A stretch of DNA of 64,000 nucleotides. It comes from Candidatus Binatia bacterium. Lineage in GTDB: Bacteria > Desulfobacterota > Binatia > Bin18. How positions within the stretch are numbered: position 1 is the first letter of the stretch; every line of letters starts with the position of its first letter. Positions 40,650-50,710 of the stretch are shown here, piece after piece. The notes under the pieces are model-generated. The model did no database searches, had not been told where the DNA came from, and worked only from the letters and a program-made list of their open reading frames with translations. Where the stretch lies: contig CAXXHG010000043.1 of NCBI GenBank assembly GCA_963666315.2, forward strand, positions 160,001 through 224,000. The letters run 5' to 3'. Made by a program: the position numbers and the translations under genes.

Positions 40650-41964
40650 TCGCCACTGACGCCACTGGATTTTGGGTATGCGTTTCGAACAAGCAGGTTG
40701 CCCGTATATCGTAACCGTCCACACCCGTCATGCGGGCTGGAATAATCTCGCCGATATCGGCCTGACAGTTTTCCAGCAACACAATTCCATCAATGTCGGA
40801 GGCTTGTCCCTGGGTTCGTCCCCACCAACGGCCCTGATCGTCTTGACCGCCGCCTAAAACCGCCTGTTCTTTTCCCACACGAGCGAGGTTCTTTTTACGG
40901 GCAACATGAGCCTGCCGTTCCATGAACCTGTGCCAGCGGTCTTCTTTGACCTCCTCAGACACTTGGTCCGGCATGGTTCCGGCCGTCGTCCCCTCTTCTT
41001 GGGAGTAACGGAATACCCCAACGTTATCTATGCCGGCCTCCGTCACAAAATCACACAGCTGTTGCAAATCGTCTTCCTGCTCACCAGGGAAGCCTACGAT
41101 AAAGGATGAGCGTAACACTACTCCAGGAAGAGTGCTTCGAATACGATCGAGCAGTCGCCGAATCCCCTCCCCACTTTTCTCACGTCGCATACGCCGCAGC
41201 AGGGGTGTATCAAGATAATTCGGATAACAATACAGCAACCGAATCCAGGCCAGTCCGGCTATCGTACTCAGGGCCTTGAGCAAGGCGAGCAAGGTCGTTC
41301 CATCCCGGCGTTCTCGCCCATACGCCGTCAGATCTTCGGCAATCAGATTAATCTCTTTCACCCCTTGCGCGACAAGGCCCTCAGCCTCGGCAACGAGGGA
41401 AGCGATAGGTCGGCTTTCCTGCCGTCCACGGATTTTGGGAATAATACAGAAGGCGCATTTGTGATTGCAGCCCTCGGCGACCTTGAGGTACGCCGAGTAA
41501 AAGTGCGTCGTCGGGAAACGCGGGACCGTATGATCCGGCAGCACGTGAGCCGCACCGATATAGGTGACCGGACCGTCGAGCAGGCGACGCTTGTGTTCGA
41601 TAATTTCGGTGATGTGAACGAATTCGCCCGTTCCCACAAAGACGTCCACTTCCGGCAGCATGTCCCGTAACTCTCGCCCATAGCGTTGGGCTAAACAACC
41701 AGTCACAATCAGTTGTTTATGTGTACCCGCAGCCTTATAGCGAGCAAGATCCAGAATCGTCTCAATAGACTCTTCCTTGGCCTCGTTAATAAAACTACAC
41801 GTGTTGACCATCAGGACTCCGGCCTGTCCCGGGTCGAGGCTGATCGTATACCCTTACTGCGCCAGGAGCCCCAGCATCACTTCCCCGTCGACCTGGTTTT
41901 TTGGACACCCCAAATTGACCAGATAGACGGCCTTGTCTGAGGACGGATTGCGTTCAGTCGTCAT
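40624..41964 (-). pseudogene. rimO: Ribosomal protein S12 methylthiotransferase RimO, disrupted
   Basis: LGCPKNQVD, VNTCSFI, GCLAQRY, EGCNHKCAFC and a TRAM tail. In-frame TAA at 41854-41856; the usual YxDxPLQH segment is missing at ~41200. Confidence 0.9.
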
Positions 41965-42853
41965 CTTTGCGCTCCTTGCGCTGCTGCAAAAAACGTTGGA
42001 GTTCCTCAGCCATGTCTTTGCCATTGGCATGACCATTGCCCCCATTTTCCGCAGAGACAGTGTCCATGTGTAGCCCTTCTTCCAGACTCTGCTTTTCCAG
42101 TTGCTTCACGTAGGCGGCCATGTTCGGATTCTCCGCAACCGCCTCGGCCACCTGCGTGTCAAATTCCGCCGCCCCCGAGACAAGCTCAGTCGTATCCAGG
42201 GCCACCTGGAGAAAAGACTCGAGCCGGGTCACTAAGGCTAAGGCCGCCTTTGGATTTGGGGATGCGGAAATATAATGTGGCACGTTGGCCCAAAAACTGA
42301 CCGAGGTCACCCCGGCTTGGCGACAGGCATCGTTGAAAACGCCAACGATGCCTGTTGGCCCCTCGTAGCGGGACTGCGAAAAATTGAGTTGGGCAGACAG
42401 CTCAGAATCGCTGCTAAATCCTATCACCCGGACGGGACGGCTATAGGCGACATCAGCCAGCAGGGCTCCAAGCGTAATGACTAAGTTCACCCCGCACTGT
42501 TTCACGATATCGATCAGGGCGGCACAATACGTTTTCCAGCGCAGCTGCGGCTCGATTCCCAGCCCCAGCACGATGCTGCGCTTGAGTGTTGCGGCGCGAC
42601 TCGCAAAGAATTCGTTTGCCGGCCAAATAATCTCTCGGTACACCCCGTCCCGCAGACGAACGTGCGGTCGTTGCTCGCTGAAATTATAAAATTCTTCGGG
42701 ATCTATGCTCGCAAAACGGTCGGCTTGGAGTCGTTTGATAAGGAATTGCGTAGCATGAGTCGCGGCGCCTCCAGCGTCGTTCCAGCCGGCAAATGCCACA
42801 ATCAGAACTGGGTCCGTCAGTTCCGGGATTTTTTCAACAGTCAACGCGCTCAT
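41954..42853 (-). CDS. PAC2 (proteasome assembly chaperone) family protein
   Basis: AFAGWNDAG, IDPEEFY, EPQLRW, LGALLADV, YEGPTGIVG, WANVPHY. Confidence 0.9.
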   Translation of the reverse strand: MSALTVEKIPELTDPVLIVAFAGWNDAGGAATHATQFLIKRLQADRFASIDPEEFYNFSEQRPHVRLRDGVYREIIWPANEFFASRAATLKRSIVLGLGIEPQLRWKTYCAALIDIVKQCGVNLVITLGALLADVAYSRPVRVIGFSSDSELSAQLNFSQSRYEGPTGIVGVFNDACRQAGVTSVSFWANVPHYISASPNPKAALALVTRLESFLQVALDTTELVSGAAEFDTQVAEAVAENPNMAAYVKQLEKQSLEEGLHMDTVSAENGGNGHANGKDMAEELQRFLQQRKERKDDD

Positions 42854-42959
42854 GGTCTCCCCTCCCTGGAGGCGCTTTTTCCCTTGTCGCATAGGGGTAA
42901 GCGTCGCAGAAGTGTACCTGCTTCAGCACTGATTGCCAAGAGATTTATTGCCAAAAGAT

Positions 42960-43339
42960 TTAGTTTGGATCGCCGCGAGACAGCAAGAACAGGACGACGC
43001 CGAGGAAGAGGGCGAGTAGGGCAAGAGACACCGCCCAGGATGGGATACGATCGGCGTGAAAGATTGCAGTAGAGCCTTGTTTTTCGTGGATATCCCCTCG
43101 CGGCAAGTCGGCAAGAAACTGACTAATGATGTCCGCAGAGTCACGATCAAGAAAGGTAGCATACCCCGCGGCAGAAAAGGGATAAGATACAGTACATCAG
43201 CTACGATATAGGGATCTCCGTCGCCCTCAAGCAGCCTGAGGTAATGAACGGGAATTTTCGTGTCATGTCCCACTGCATCAATTGAGAGCCCACGTTCTAT
43301 CCGAGTGCGTTTCAGCAACCCTGCCACCTCGTCAGTCAT
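42960..43339 (-). pseudogene. RodZ-like HTH + TM protein, frameshifted
   Basis: LKRTRIERGLS..V...TKI...YL..LE HTH. After FL at ~43170 the expected YATFL continuation and a C-terminal TM (WAVSLALLALFLGVVLFLL) lie in another frame ending at TAA 42960. Confidence 0.7.
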
Positions 43340-43399
43340 ATCCCGTACTTTCTTGTACTAGCACGCGCTCTGTTCTCTTTCCGCTGGTTAATGGCTACA

Positions 43400-44501
43400 T
43401 CAGTCCGCAGTCGCCTCCTGTAGTAAATAAGCCTCAATAAACTGATCGATCTCGCCATCCAGAACCGCATCGGTATTGCCGACCTCGACTCCGGTACGAT
43501 GGTCTTTCACCATCCGGTAGGGATGTAGGACATATGAGCGAATCTGACTCCCCCAGGCAATGTCCTTTTTACTTTTATGCAAATCTTCCATCTTCTCCTT
43601 TTGTTTCTCCACCTCCAATTCATACAGCCGGGCGCGGAGAATCTTCATCGCCAGGGTACGATTGCGGTGCTGGGAGCGTTCATTCTGACACGCCACGACA
43701 AACCCGGAAGGCAGGTGTGTCAGGCGAACGGCTGAGTCGGTTTTGTTCACATGCTGGCCGCCTGCGCCGCTCGCCCGGTAGGTATCGACCCGTAAATCTT
43801 CAGGACGAATGTCCACCTCAACCGTTTCATCAATGTCAGGGTAAACAAAAAGGGAGGCAAATGAAGTATGCCGACGGGCGTTGGCATCAAAGGGTGAAAT
43901 ACGGACAAGACGGTGAATACCCGCCTCCGCCCGCAAATAGCCGTAGGCGTACGCGCCATTCACAGTAAAGGTAGCGCTTTTGACCCCACCGCCTTCACCC
44001 GGGAGATGTTCGGCCATATCCACTTTGTAACCGCGCCTTTCCGCCCAGCGGAGATAGAGCCGCAGGAGCATGTCGGCCCAGTCTTGGGCTTCGAGGCCAC
44101 CAGCCCCTGGGTGGAGACTGACGATCGCACCCTGGGCGTCGTGTTCTCCACCCAACATACGTTGAAACTCGGCCTGGTTGACTCCAGCCTCAAGCTCAGA
44201 GAGTGCCCGCTCAACCTCTTCAATGGCTTCGGCATCTCCGTCTTCGGCGAGTTCCAAGAAGACAAGAACGTCAGCAGCAGCCTGATCCTGCTTTTTCCAT
44301 TCCTGTATTGAATCAAGCAAGGTGGCGCGTTCTTTTAAAACGGCTTGGGCCTTCCCCCGGTCTTGCCAGAATTCGTTGGCGAGGGTCTGCTCTTCAAGTT
44401 CTACGGCGCGGGCTTCTTTTCCTGGAATGTCAAAGATGCCTCCCAAAACTCTGAATGCGCACGCTCAGCTCATGCAACTTCTCTTTCATTTCTACGAGCA
44501 T
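43400..44501 (-). CDS. prfB: Peptide chain release factor 2 (programmed +1 frameshift)
   Basis: ORF1 MLVEMKEKLHELSVRIQSFGRHL ends at CTT-TGA-C; ORF2 carries the SPF and GGQ motifs. Confidence 0.97.
44429..44444 (-). promoter_or_regulatory. prfB autoregulatory frameshift site
   Basis: GGGAGG-CAT-CTTTGAC: internal SD 3 nt before the canonical CTT TGA C slip site. Confidence 0.95.
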
Positions 44502-46038
44502 ACCCGTTTCCTCCGTTTCGTCGAAAAGACGCTTTGATGTATGGGTATCCTAACATAACCAGTGTACTAACAGCGCACAACTTGGCGAACCAATCCCCGT
44601 ACTGGGTGTAGACAGACGTAACCTGCGGCCAAGCCATCTCTTCGGCTAAAAAAGCTGTTTCAAAAAGAGCTGTTTGAGCCCGTACCTGCCCGTCTATGCC
44701 CACAATGGCCGAAATGCCAGTGTTTGCCGCACGCACCAAGGGAACTCGATTCTCAACCGCCCGCATGGCCTCCATGGCGAGATGTTGGTACGGCGCCGAG
44801 GTGTTCCCAAACCAGGCATCGTTCGTCATATTGATGAGCAGAGTTGCCCCGTTGTGGACAAAACGACGAGCCAAATCCGGAAAGACTCCTTCGTAGCAAA
44901 TTAGGACCCCAAATTTGCCAAAGGGAAGAGAAAAAACAGTAGGCGTCGTCCCTGGTGCAAAGTCCCCAATCCCTTCGACCCACTTATCCAGGAAAAAGAG
45001 AGCACTGTGCTGAAAGGGAATGTATTCTCCAAAGGGTGTCAGAATAATCTTGTCATATTGTCCCAGGATAGTTGCCTCGGGAGACATCAGATAGGCCCGA
45101 TTAAACAGTGTGGGCATGTCCGTTCCATTCATGAGAAAGGCCGGGCTGCCAAATAGGAGGGGCGTTTTCGTCTCGTGCGCAAGATCCAGGATCCGGCCGC
45201 GGTAGGTCACGTCAGATTGAAAGAAGAAGGGTATTGAGGCTTCTGGCCAAACAATCAAATCCACCGTTTGCTCAGCAAGCCGACGCGTCAACTGCTCATA
45301 CCGGGCCAGCGTGGTCTCTTGGTAGTCTGGGTCCCATTTTTTGTCTTGGGCGATATTACCCTGCGCAACGCCAACCCGTAGCGTGTGGGTTTTCGGCAGA
45401 GCGGCAAGCTGCTCTCGACGCCAGCCGCCCCAGCCCGAAAGTCCCGCAACGAGGAGCAGCAAGACCAGGAGCAACCGGCCACGCCCAGGGCCCTGACGAG
45501 ACAATACGCTAAAGATAACAATATTGCCGAACACCACAATCGCCGAGAGGCCATACATTCCAGTAAATTCGACGAACTGGATCAGGTTTAAGAAGTTATA
45601 CTGCGAATAGCCCAGGCTGACCCACGGAAAGCCAATAAAAAAGAAGGAGCGCACCCATTCCAAGGCGACCCACAAGAGGGGCCCAAGCAGGACAATGGGC
45701 AAACCGTGTTGCATATAGATACGTACTCCGGCGGCAAAGGCTCCCGTGTAAGCCGACAGAATAGCGCACATGAGCAGCAGCGGGCCAACGGCAATGAGGT
45801 AAGGGATATTGCTGTATAGGCCAATTGTGTGCACGATCCAGTAGAGCGTGCCTATATAAAACCCCATGCCGGCAATCCAGCCTAACGTAAAGGCGCGCCG
45901 TAGCGTTTGGCCCTGAATAATCCATAGGAGTGGCACAAAGGCGACCCAAGCCAAAAAATTCCAGTCTACTTTTGGGAAAGCGAGGGCAAGCAGGATACCG
46001 CTTAGGGCGGCCAGCCCGGTTTGCTGCAGGCGACTCAT
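44470..46038 (-). CDS. lnt: Apolipoprotein N-acyltransferase
   Basis: Multiple TM segments; QGNI, WPE, K..L.PFGEYIP, LICYE, TNDAWFG, RAANTGIS. Confidence 0.96.
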   Translation of the reverse strand: MSRLQQTGLAALSGILLALAFPKVDWNFLAWVAFVPLLWIIQGQTLRRAFTLGWIAGMGFYIGTLYWIVHTIGLYSNIPYLIAVGPLLLMCAILSAYTGAFAAGVRIYMQHGLPIVLLGPLLWVALEWVRSFFFIGFPWVSLGYSQYNFLNLIQFVEFTGMYGLSAIVVFGNIVIFSVLSRQGPGRGRLLLVLLLLVAGLSGWGGWRREQLAALPKTHTLRVGVAQGNIAQDKKWDPDYQETTLARYEQLTRRLAEQTVDLIVWPEASIPFFFQSDVTYRGRILDLAHETKTPLLFGSPAFLMNGTDMPTLFNRAYLMSPEATILGQYDKIILTPFGEYIPFQHSALFFLDKWVEGIGDFAPGTTPTVFSLPFGKFGVLICYEGVFPDLARRFVHNGATLLINMTNDAWFGNTSAPYQHLAMEAMRAVENRVPLVRAANTGISAIVGIDGQVRAQTALFETAFLAEEMAWPQVTSVYTQYGDWFAKLCAVSTLVMLGYPYIKASFRRNGGNGYARRNEREVA

Positions 46039-46087
46039 ATACGCAGCAGACTAGCGTGACGGTCGCAGGCTGGGAAGGCCGTATAGG

Positions 46088-46594
46088 TTATAGACGCCGG
46101 CTCTCCAGGAGGGCTTGCACTTCTCTCTCCTTTTTATGCATCCGAATAGCTTCGCTCCGCGAGATTTCATGATCGTAGCCAAGCAGATGCAAAATGCCGT
46201 GGATGAGCAGCGTGAGAACCTCCTCTCGCAAGGAGTGCCGTCTTCGCCGCGCCTGACTCTGCGCGGCATCAATCGAGATGATCACATCTCCCAAAAGCCA
46301 GGGGTATAAGTCGTCGGCGAGAGGAAAAGACAATACGTCAGTCGGCTCGTCTTTGTTCCGATACTGACTATTCAGCTCGTGGATCGTCTGATCCGTCACG
46401 AAGACGAGGCTCAGCTCGGCCGCTTTCTGTTCCAGGTGACGTAGGATCGTTCGGCTCCAGCGTCGGATCTCGATCCGGCTCACTCCCGGAACCGTGCCGG
46501 AGATGTCGATGGTCAGGCCGGGCCTGGAGATGACTGCGACGGCGCGTCCGGCGTTCTTCGTCGTGGCGCTCTTGTTCATCTTGGTCGCGTTCAT
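46088..46594 (-). CDS. ybeY: rRNA maturation endoribonuclease YbeY
   Basis: LN..YR.KD.PTDVLSF, LGDVIIS, HGILHLLGYDH. Start uncertain; overlaps phoH. Confidence 0.93.
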   Translation of the reverse strand: MNATKMNKSATTKNAGRAVAVISRPGLTIDISGTVPGVSRIEIRRWSRTILRHLEQKAAELSLVFVTDQTIHELNSQYRNKDEPTDVLSFPLADDLYPWLLGDVIISIDAAQSQARRRRHSLREEVLTLLIHGILHLLGYDHEISRSEAIRMHKKEREVQALLESRRL

Positions 46595-47540
46595 ATGCAG
46601 TGATCACATCTTGGACGAGACGATGGCGGACCACGTCTTTTTCCGTAAACAGCGTAAAATTTATCCCGTTGATATTGCGTAAAATGCGCTGAGCTTCTTT
46701 CAAGCCCGACCGCGTCCCGGTGGGCAGATCAACCTGCGTGACATCACCGGTGATCACCGCTTTGGACCCATAGCCCAACCGTGTAAGAAACATTTTCATT
46801 TGCTCGCGGGTAGTATTCTGCGCTTCATCCAAGATCACAAAAGAGTCGTTCAGCGTCCGCCCACGCATGAACGCCAAAGGGGCGACTTCAATCACTCCAC
46901 GCTCGATCATTTTTTGGGCGCGGTCAAAATCAACCATGTCGTGGAGCGCATCGTATAGGGGCCGTAGATACGGATTGATCTTCTCGGCCAGATCGCCGGG
47001 CAGAAAACCCAGTTTCTCCCCAGCCTCAACCGCAGGACGGGTCAGAACGACACGACTCACTTTGCGTTTCATCAGCTCCGCAACCGCAACCGCCATCGCC
47101 AAATACGTTTTTCCGGTCCCAGCTGGACCTATGCCAAACACGATGTCATAGCGACGAAGGGCATCGATATAGGCTTTTTGGGCAAGACTCTTAGGCGTAA
47201 TCGTACGACGATTCGATGACACATAGACAGTGTCGAGAAAAATGTCTTTCAGATTCGCAGAGTGATCCTGGCTGAGGATGCGAATCGCGTAATCCACATC
47301 ACTCGGATACACGGGATAACCGCGCTGAATCAGGTCGTATAATTGTGTTGTGACACGACTCGCAATATCACGCTGGTCTTCATCTCCAGTAATGATGAGC
47401 GAGTTTCCCGAGGCGGAGATTTTGACCCCAAGCGCGTTCTCAATGCCCCGCAGATGTACGTCTTGCTGGCCGAGGAGATCCCGCAAGAAACGTTGGTTGC
47501 CAAACTCGAGTTGAGAAGTTGCCGGTGTTGCTTGATCCAA
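46368..47540 (-). CDS. phoH: PhoH family ATPase (YbeZ)
   Basis: GPAGTGKTYLA, RPAVEAGE.LGFLPG, MRGRT, DEAQN, DVVRH.LV; TTG start with GGAGG SD; extended C-terminal tail. Confidence 0.94.
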   Translation of the reverse strand: MDQATPATSQLEFGNQRFLRDLLGQQDVHLRGIENALGVKISASGNSLIITGDEDQRDIASRVTTQLYDLIQRGYPVYPSDVDYAIRILSQDHSANLKDIFLDTVYVSSNRRTITPKSLAQKAYIDALRRYDIVFGIGPAGTGKTYLAMAVAVAELMKRKVSRVVLTRPAVEAGEKLGFLPGDLAEKINPYLRPLYDALHDMVDFDRAQKMIERGVIEVAPLAFMRGRTLNDSFVILDEAQNTTREQMKMFLTRLGYGSKAVITGDVTQVDLPTGTRSGLKEAQRILRNINGINFTLFTEKDVVRHRLVQDVITAYERDQDEQERHDEERRTRRRSHLQARPDHRHLRHGSGSEPDRDPTLEPNDPTSPGTESGRAEPRLRDGSDDPRAE

Positions 47541-47550
47541 ACGTCCTCCG

Positions 47551-50193
47551 TTACACGCCTCTTTCAATCAGCTCATACACCTTTTGCAAGGCTTCATCCA
47601 GTCGCGCGGGATCTTTTCCACCGGCTTGTGCAAAGTCAGGCCGGCCACCCCCGCCGCCACCAACGATAGGGGCAATCTGTTTGATGATATTCCCGGCATG
47701 ATACCGCTTGGTCAGATCTTTACTGACCGCAGCTAACAATGAGACTTTCTCTCCCCGCGTCATGCCCAGCACGATGACGGCAGGCTGCAGCCTGCCGCGT
47801 AGCTGGTCCGCCATATCCCGGACGGCTTTATCATTCACCCCTTCGACCCGGCAGGCAACGACATTCACGCCGTTTGTTTGACGCACGCGGGACGCAATAT
47901 CATCGCTCTGCGAGCTGGCAAGTTTGCCCTGGAGCTGACTCAACTGCCTTCCCAGTTCACGCTGCTGACTCAGCAATTTCTCCAAACGCTCGACCGCATC
48001 GTACTCGGAGCCTTTGAGGATACTCCCCATCTCCTTAAGGACGTGCTCACGGTGTCGGACCCAGTCGAGGGCGCCTGCCCCAGTGACGGCTTCAACGCGT
48101 CGTACGCCGGATGCCACACCTGCTTCGGCTTTGATTTTCAGTAGTCCCACATCTCCGGTCCGGCTGACATGCGTTCCACCGCACAGCTCGGTCGAAAAAT
48201 CACCCATCCGCAACACTCGGACACGCTCACCGTATTTTTCACCAAAGAAAGCCAGAGCGCCTTTTTCGATAGCATCCGCAAAGGCCATTTCTTCACTAGT
48301 AACTTCAGCATTGTCACGAATATGGGCATTAATCAGGTCTTCAATGTCTTCGAGTACATCGTCCTTGACCGGGCTGGCATGCGTGAAGTCGAAACGTAGT
48401 CGGTCCGGCGTCACCAGTGAGCCGGCCTGACGAACGTGCGAGCCCAACACCTGACGCAGCGCTGCGTGAAGGATATGGGTGGCAGAGTGATTTAAGCGGA
48501 TCGCCTCGCGTCGTCCGGCATCAATACTGAGCTGAACCGTATCGCCTTTCTGCACAGCCCCTTGGACAACCCGACCGGTGTGCACAATGAGTGCCGGGTG
48601 GGGCCTTTGGGTATCAAGAATCTGTATCAGATCTCCCCGGCTGGTTTCGATCTTGCCGATATCACCGACCTGTCCACCCGACTCGCCGTAAAAAGGCGTC
48701 TCTGCAGTAACGATTTCAACCTCTTGCCCTTCACCCACGGCATCAGTACGCGTCTGTCCATCAACCAAGGTCGCAAGCACTTCAGACTCATATTTCACCT
48801 GGCGGTCACCGACAAAGCGAGAATGCAGATCTGAGTCTGTGAGTCCGGCGCTGATATAGACGGTACCCTTTTGCCCTGCGCGGGCACGCGTGCGCTGATC
48901 TTCCATGGCGCGCTTAAATTCGTCTTGGTCCACGCTCAAACCTTCGGACGAAAGGAAATCTTCAGTCAGATCAAGCGGAAAGCCATACGTGTCATATAAA
49001 CGAAAGGCGGCTTCTCCCGGCAGCGTCGTTGCTTGGCGCTGGCGCAGATCATGGATTTCTTGTTCGAGTAGAGCGAGTCCTTTCTCCAATGTTTCCGAGA
49101 AACGCGTTTCCTCATTGCGAATGACTTCCGTCATATAGTCACGACGGTCAATCAATTCAGGATAGGCTGATCCCATGAGGCGCACCACGCTGTCCGCTAC
49201 TTGTGAGAAGAACGGACCCTCAAAGCCGAGTCTCCGCCCATGTCGCAACGCACGCCGCATAATCCGCCGCAGCACATAACCACGGCCCTCGTTCGTCGGC
49301 ACGACCCCATCCGTAATGGCAAACGCCGCCGTGCGTGCATGGTCGGCAATCACGCGGAAGGAGACATCTTGCTCGCTCTCGTCACCGTAGCGCTTGTCAC
49401 CTACGCCTTCGGTAAAAGTAATGATATCTCGGAGCAGGTCGGAATCATAATTACCGGGCACGTCTTGGAGCACAGAGACAATGCGCTCTAAACCCATTCC
49501 GGTATCGACGTGAGTTTCCGGTAAATCGCTAAGCGATTGGTCGGCATTGCGATTATACTGAATAAAAACAAGATTCCACAGCTCGATATAGCGGGGACAA
49601 CCACCGTTCACCGCACATATGTGACCGGACGTATTGGCCAGCTCGCATACATGTGGACCGCGGTCGATGTGAATTTCCGAGCAGGGTCCGCATGGACCAT
49701 ACTCGCCCATTTCCCAGAAATTATCTTTTCCGGCAAAACGCAGGATCTGTTGCGGGTCAATGTCCGTCTGTTTGCGCCAGCATTCGTCGGCTTCATCATC
49801 GGTCGTGTACACGGTTGCCCACAGTTTATCCTTGGGCAGTTTCCAGACGTCGGTCAGTAACTCCCAGGCCCAGGTAATCGCTTCTTTTTTGTAATAATCA
49901 CCAAATGACCAATTCCCCAACATTTCAAAAAAAGTATGGTGGTAGGTATCGCGCCCGACTTCTTCGAGATCGTTATGTTTACCGGACACACGCAAACATT
50001 TTTGTGAATCAACGACACGAGTATGGGTCGGTCTATCCATACCAAGAAAAATATTCTTGAACGGCACCATGCCTGCATTGGTAAACATGAGGGTCGGGTC
50101 GTTAGCCGGAATCAAAGACGCACTCGGCACAACATGATGACCGCGATCAGCAAAGAACTGAAGGAAGCTGTTGCGTATCTCATTCCCTGTCAT
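47551..50193 (-). CDS. alaS: Alanine--tRNA ligase
   Basis: FTNAGM, HHTFFEMLGN, DTGMGLER, HSATH, ELCGGTH, GGGGRPDFAQAGG. Confidence 0.98.
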   Translation of the reverse strand: MTGNEIRNSFLQFFADRGHHVVPSASLIPANDPTLMFTNAGMVPFKNIFLGMDRPTHTRVVDSQKCLRVSGKHNDLEEVGRDTYHHTFFEMLGNWSFGDYYKKEAITWAWELLTDVWKLPKDKLWATVYTTDDEADECWRKQTDIDPQQILRFAGKDNFWEMGEYGPCGPCSEIHIDRGPHVCELANTSGHICAVNGGCPRYIELWNLVFIQYNRNADQSLSDLPETHVDTGMGLERIVSVLQDVPGNYDSDLLRDIITFTEGVGDKRYGDESEQDVSFRVIADHARTAAFAITDGVVPTNEGRGYVLRRIMRRALRHGRRLGFEGPFFSQVADSVVRLMGSAYPELIDRRDYMTEVIRNEETRFSETLEKGLALLEQEIHDLRQRQATTLPGEAAFRLYDTYGFPLDLTEDFLSSEGLSVDQDEFKRAMEDQRTRARAGQKGTVYISAGLTDSDLHSRFVGDRQVKYESEVLATLVDGQTRTDAVGEGQEVEIVTAETPFYGESGGQVGDIGKIETSRGDLIQILDTQRPHPALIVHTGRVVQGAVQKGDTVQLSIDAGRREAIRLNHSATHILHAALRQVLGSHVRQAGSLVTPDRLRFDFTHASPVKDDVLEDIEDLINAHIRDNAEVTSEEMAFADAIEKGALAFFGEKYGERVRVLRMGDFSTELCGGTHVSRTGDVGLLKIKAEAGVASGVRRVEAVTGAGALDWVRHREHVLKEMGSILKGSEYDAVERLEKLLSQQRELGRQLSQLQGKLASSQSDDIASRVRQTNGVNVVACRVEGVNDKAVRDMADQLRGRLQPAVIVLGMTRGEKVSLLAAVSKDLTKRYHAGNIIKQIAPIVGGGGGGRPDFAQAGGKDPARLDEALQKVYELIERGV

Positions 50194-50207
50194 AGGTGCT
50201 ACTCTTT

Positions 50208-50693
50208 CTATTCGTAGTCGTCCTGCCCGTCCCTTCCTAGCACGCTTGCTACGACACTGGGAGAGTATCCCCGTCGCAGCAAGAACCGAAACGCACGGGC
50301 GCGCACCTTGGGGTCTTTGAGTGCTGAAGAAGAGAAGCGCCGCTGCACGAGCCGCTGCGCAACGCCGACATCCGTCTGCTCGACGTGCCCGCTGAGCGCC
50401 TCTTCAATCGCGTCTTCGGTCAGCCCTTTTTGCTTAAGCTTAACCCGAATAGCGCGTGGTCCAAAGCCTTGGTTTTGGAACCACTCCGCAAGCCCGACGG
50501 CCAGCCGCGTGTCGTTCATATGGCCGCGCTGCCTGAGCGTCTCAACTGTAGCGGTCGTGGCCTGTGACGAGAACCCCTTGGAATGTAATTTTTCGACTAA
50601 CCGAGCCTCACTATAATCGCGCTGTGCGAGCAGTCGATACGCGTAGTTGAGCGGCGTTTGCACACAGGCGCGAGAAGAACGAACAGTACGCAT
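50208..50693 (-). CDS. recX: Regulatory protein RecX
   Basis: LLA.RDYSE..L..KL, G.MND, GPRAI...L.QKG, FLLRRGY; directly downstream of recA. Confidence 0.9.
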   Translation of the reverse strand: MRTVRSSRACVQTPLNYAYRLLAQRDYSEARLVEKLHSKGFSSQATTATVETLRQRGHMNDTRLAVGLAEWFQNQGFGPRAIRVKLKQKGLTEDAIEEALSGHVEQTDVGVAQRLVQRRFSSSALKDPKVRARAFRFLLRRGYSPSVVASVLGRDGQDDYE

Positions 50694-50710
50694 ACACGAA
50701 GAATACGTCC

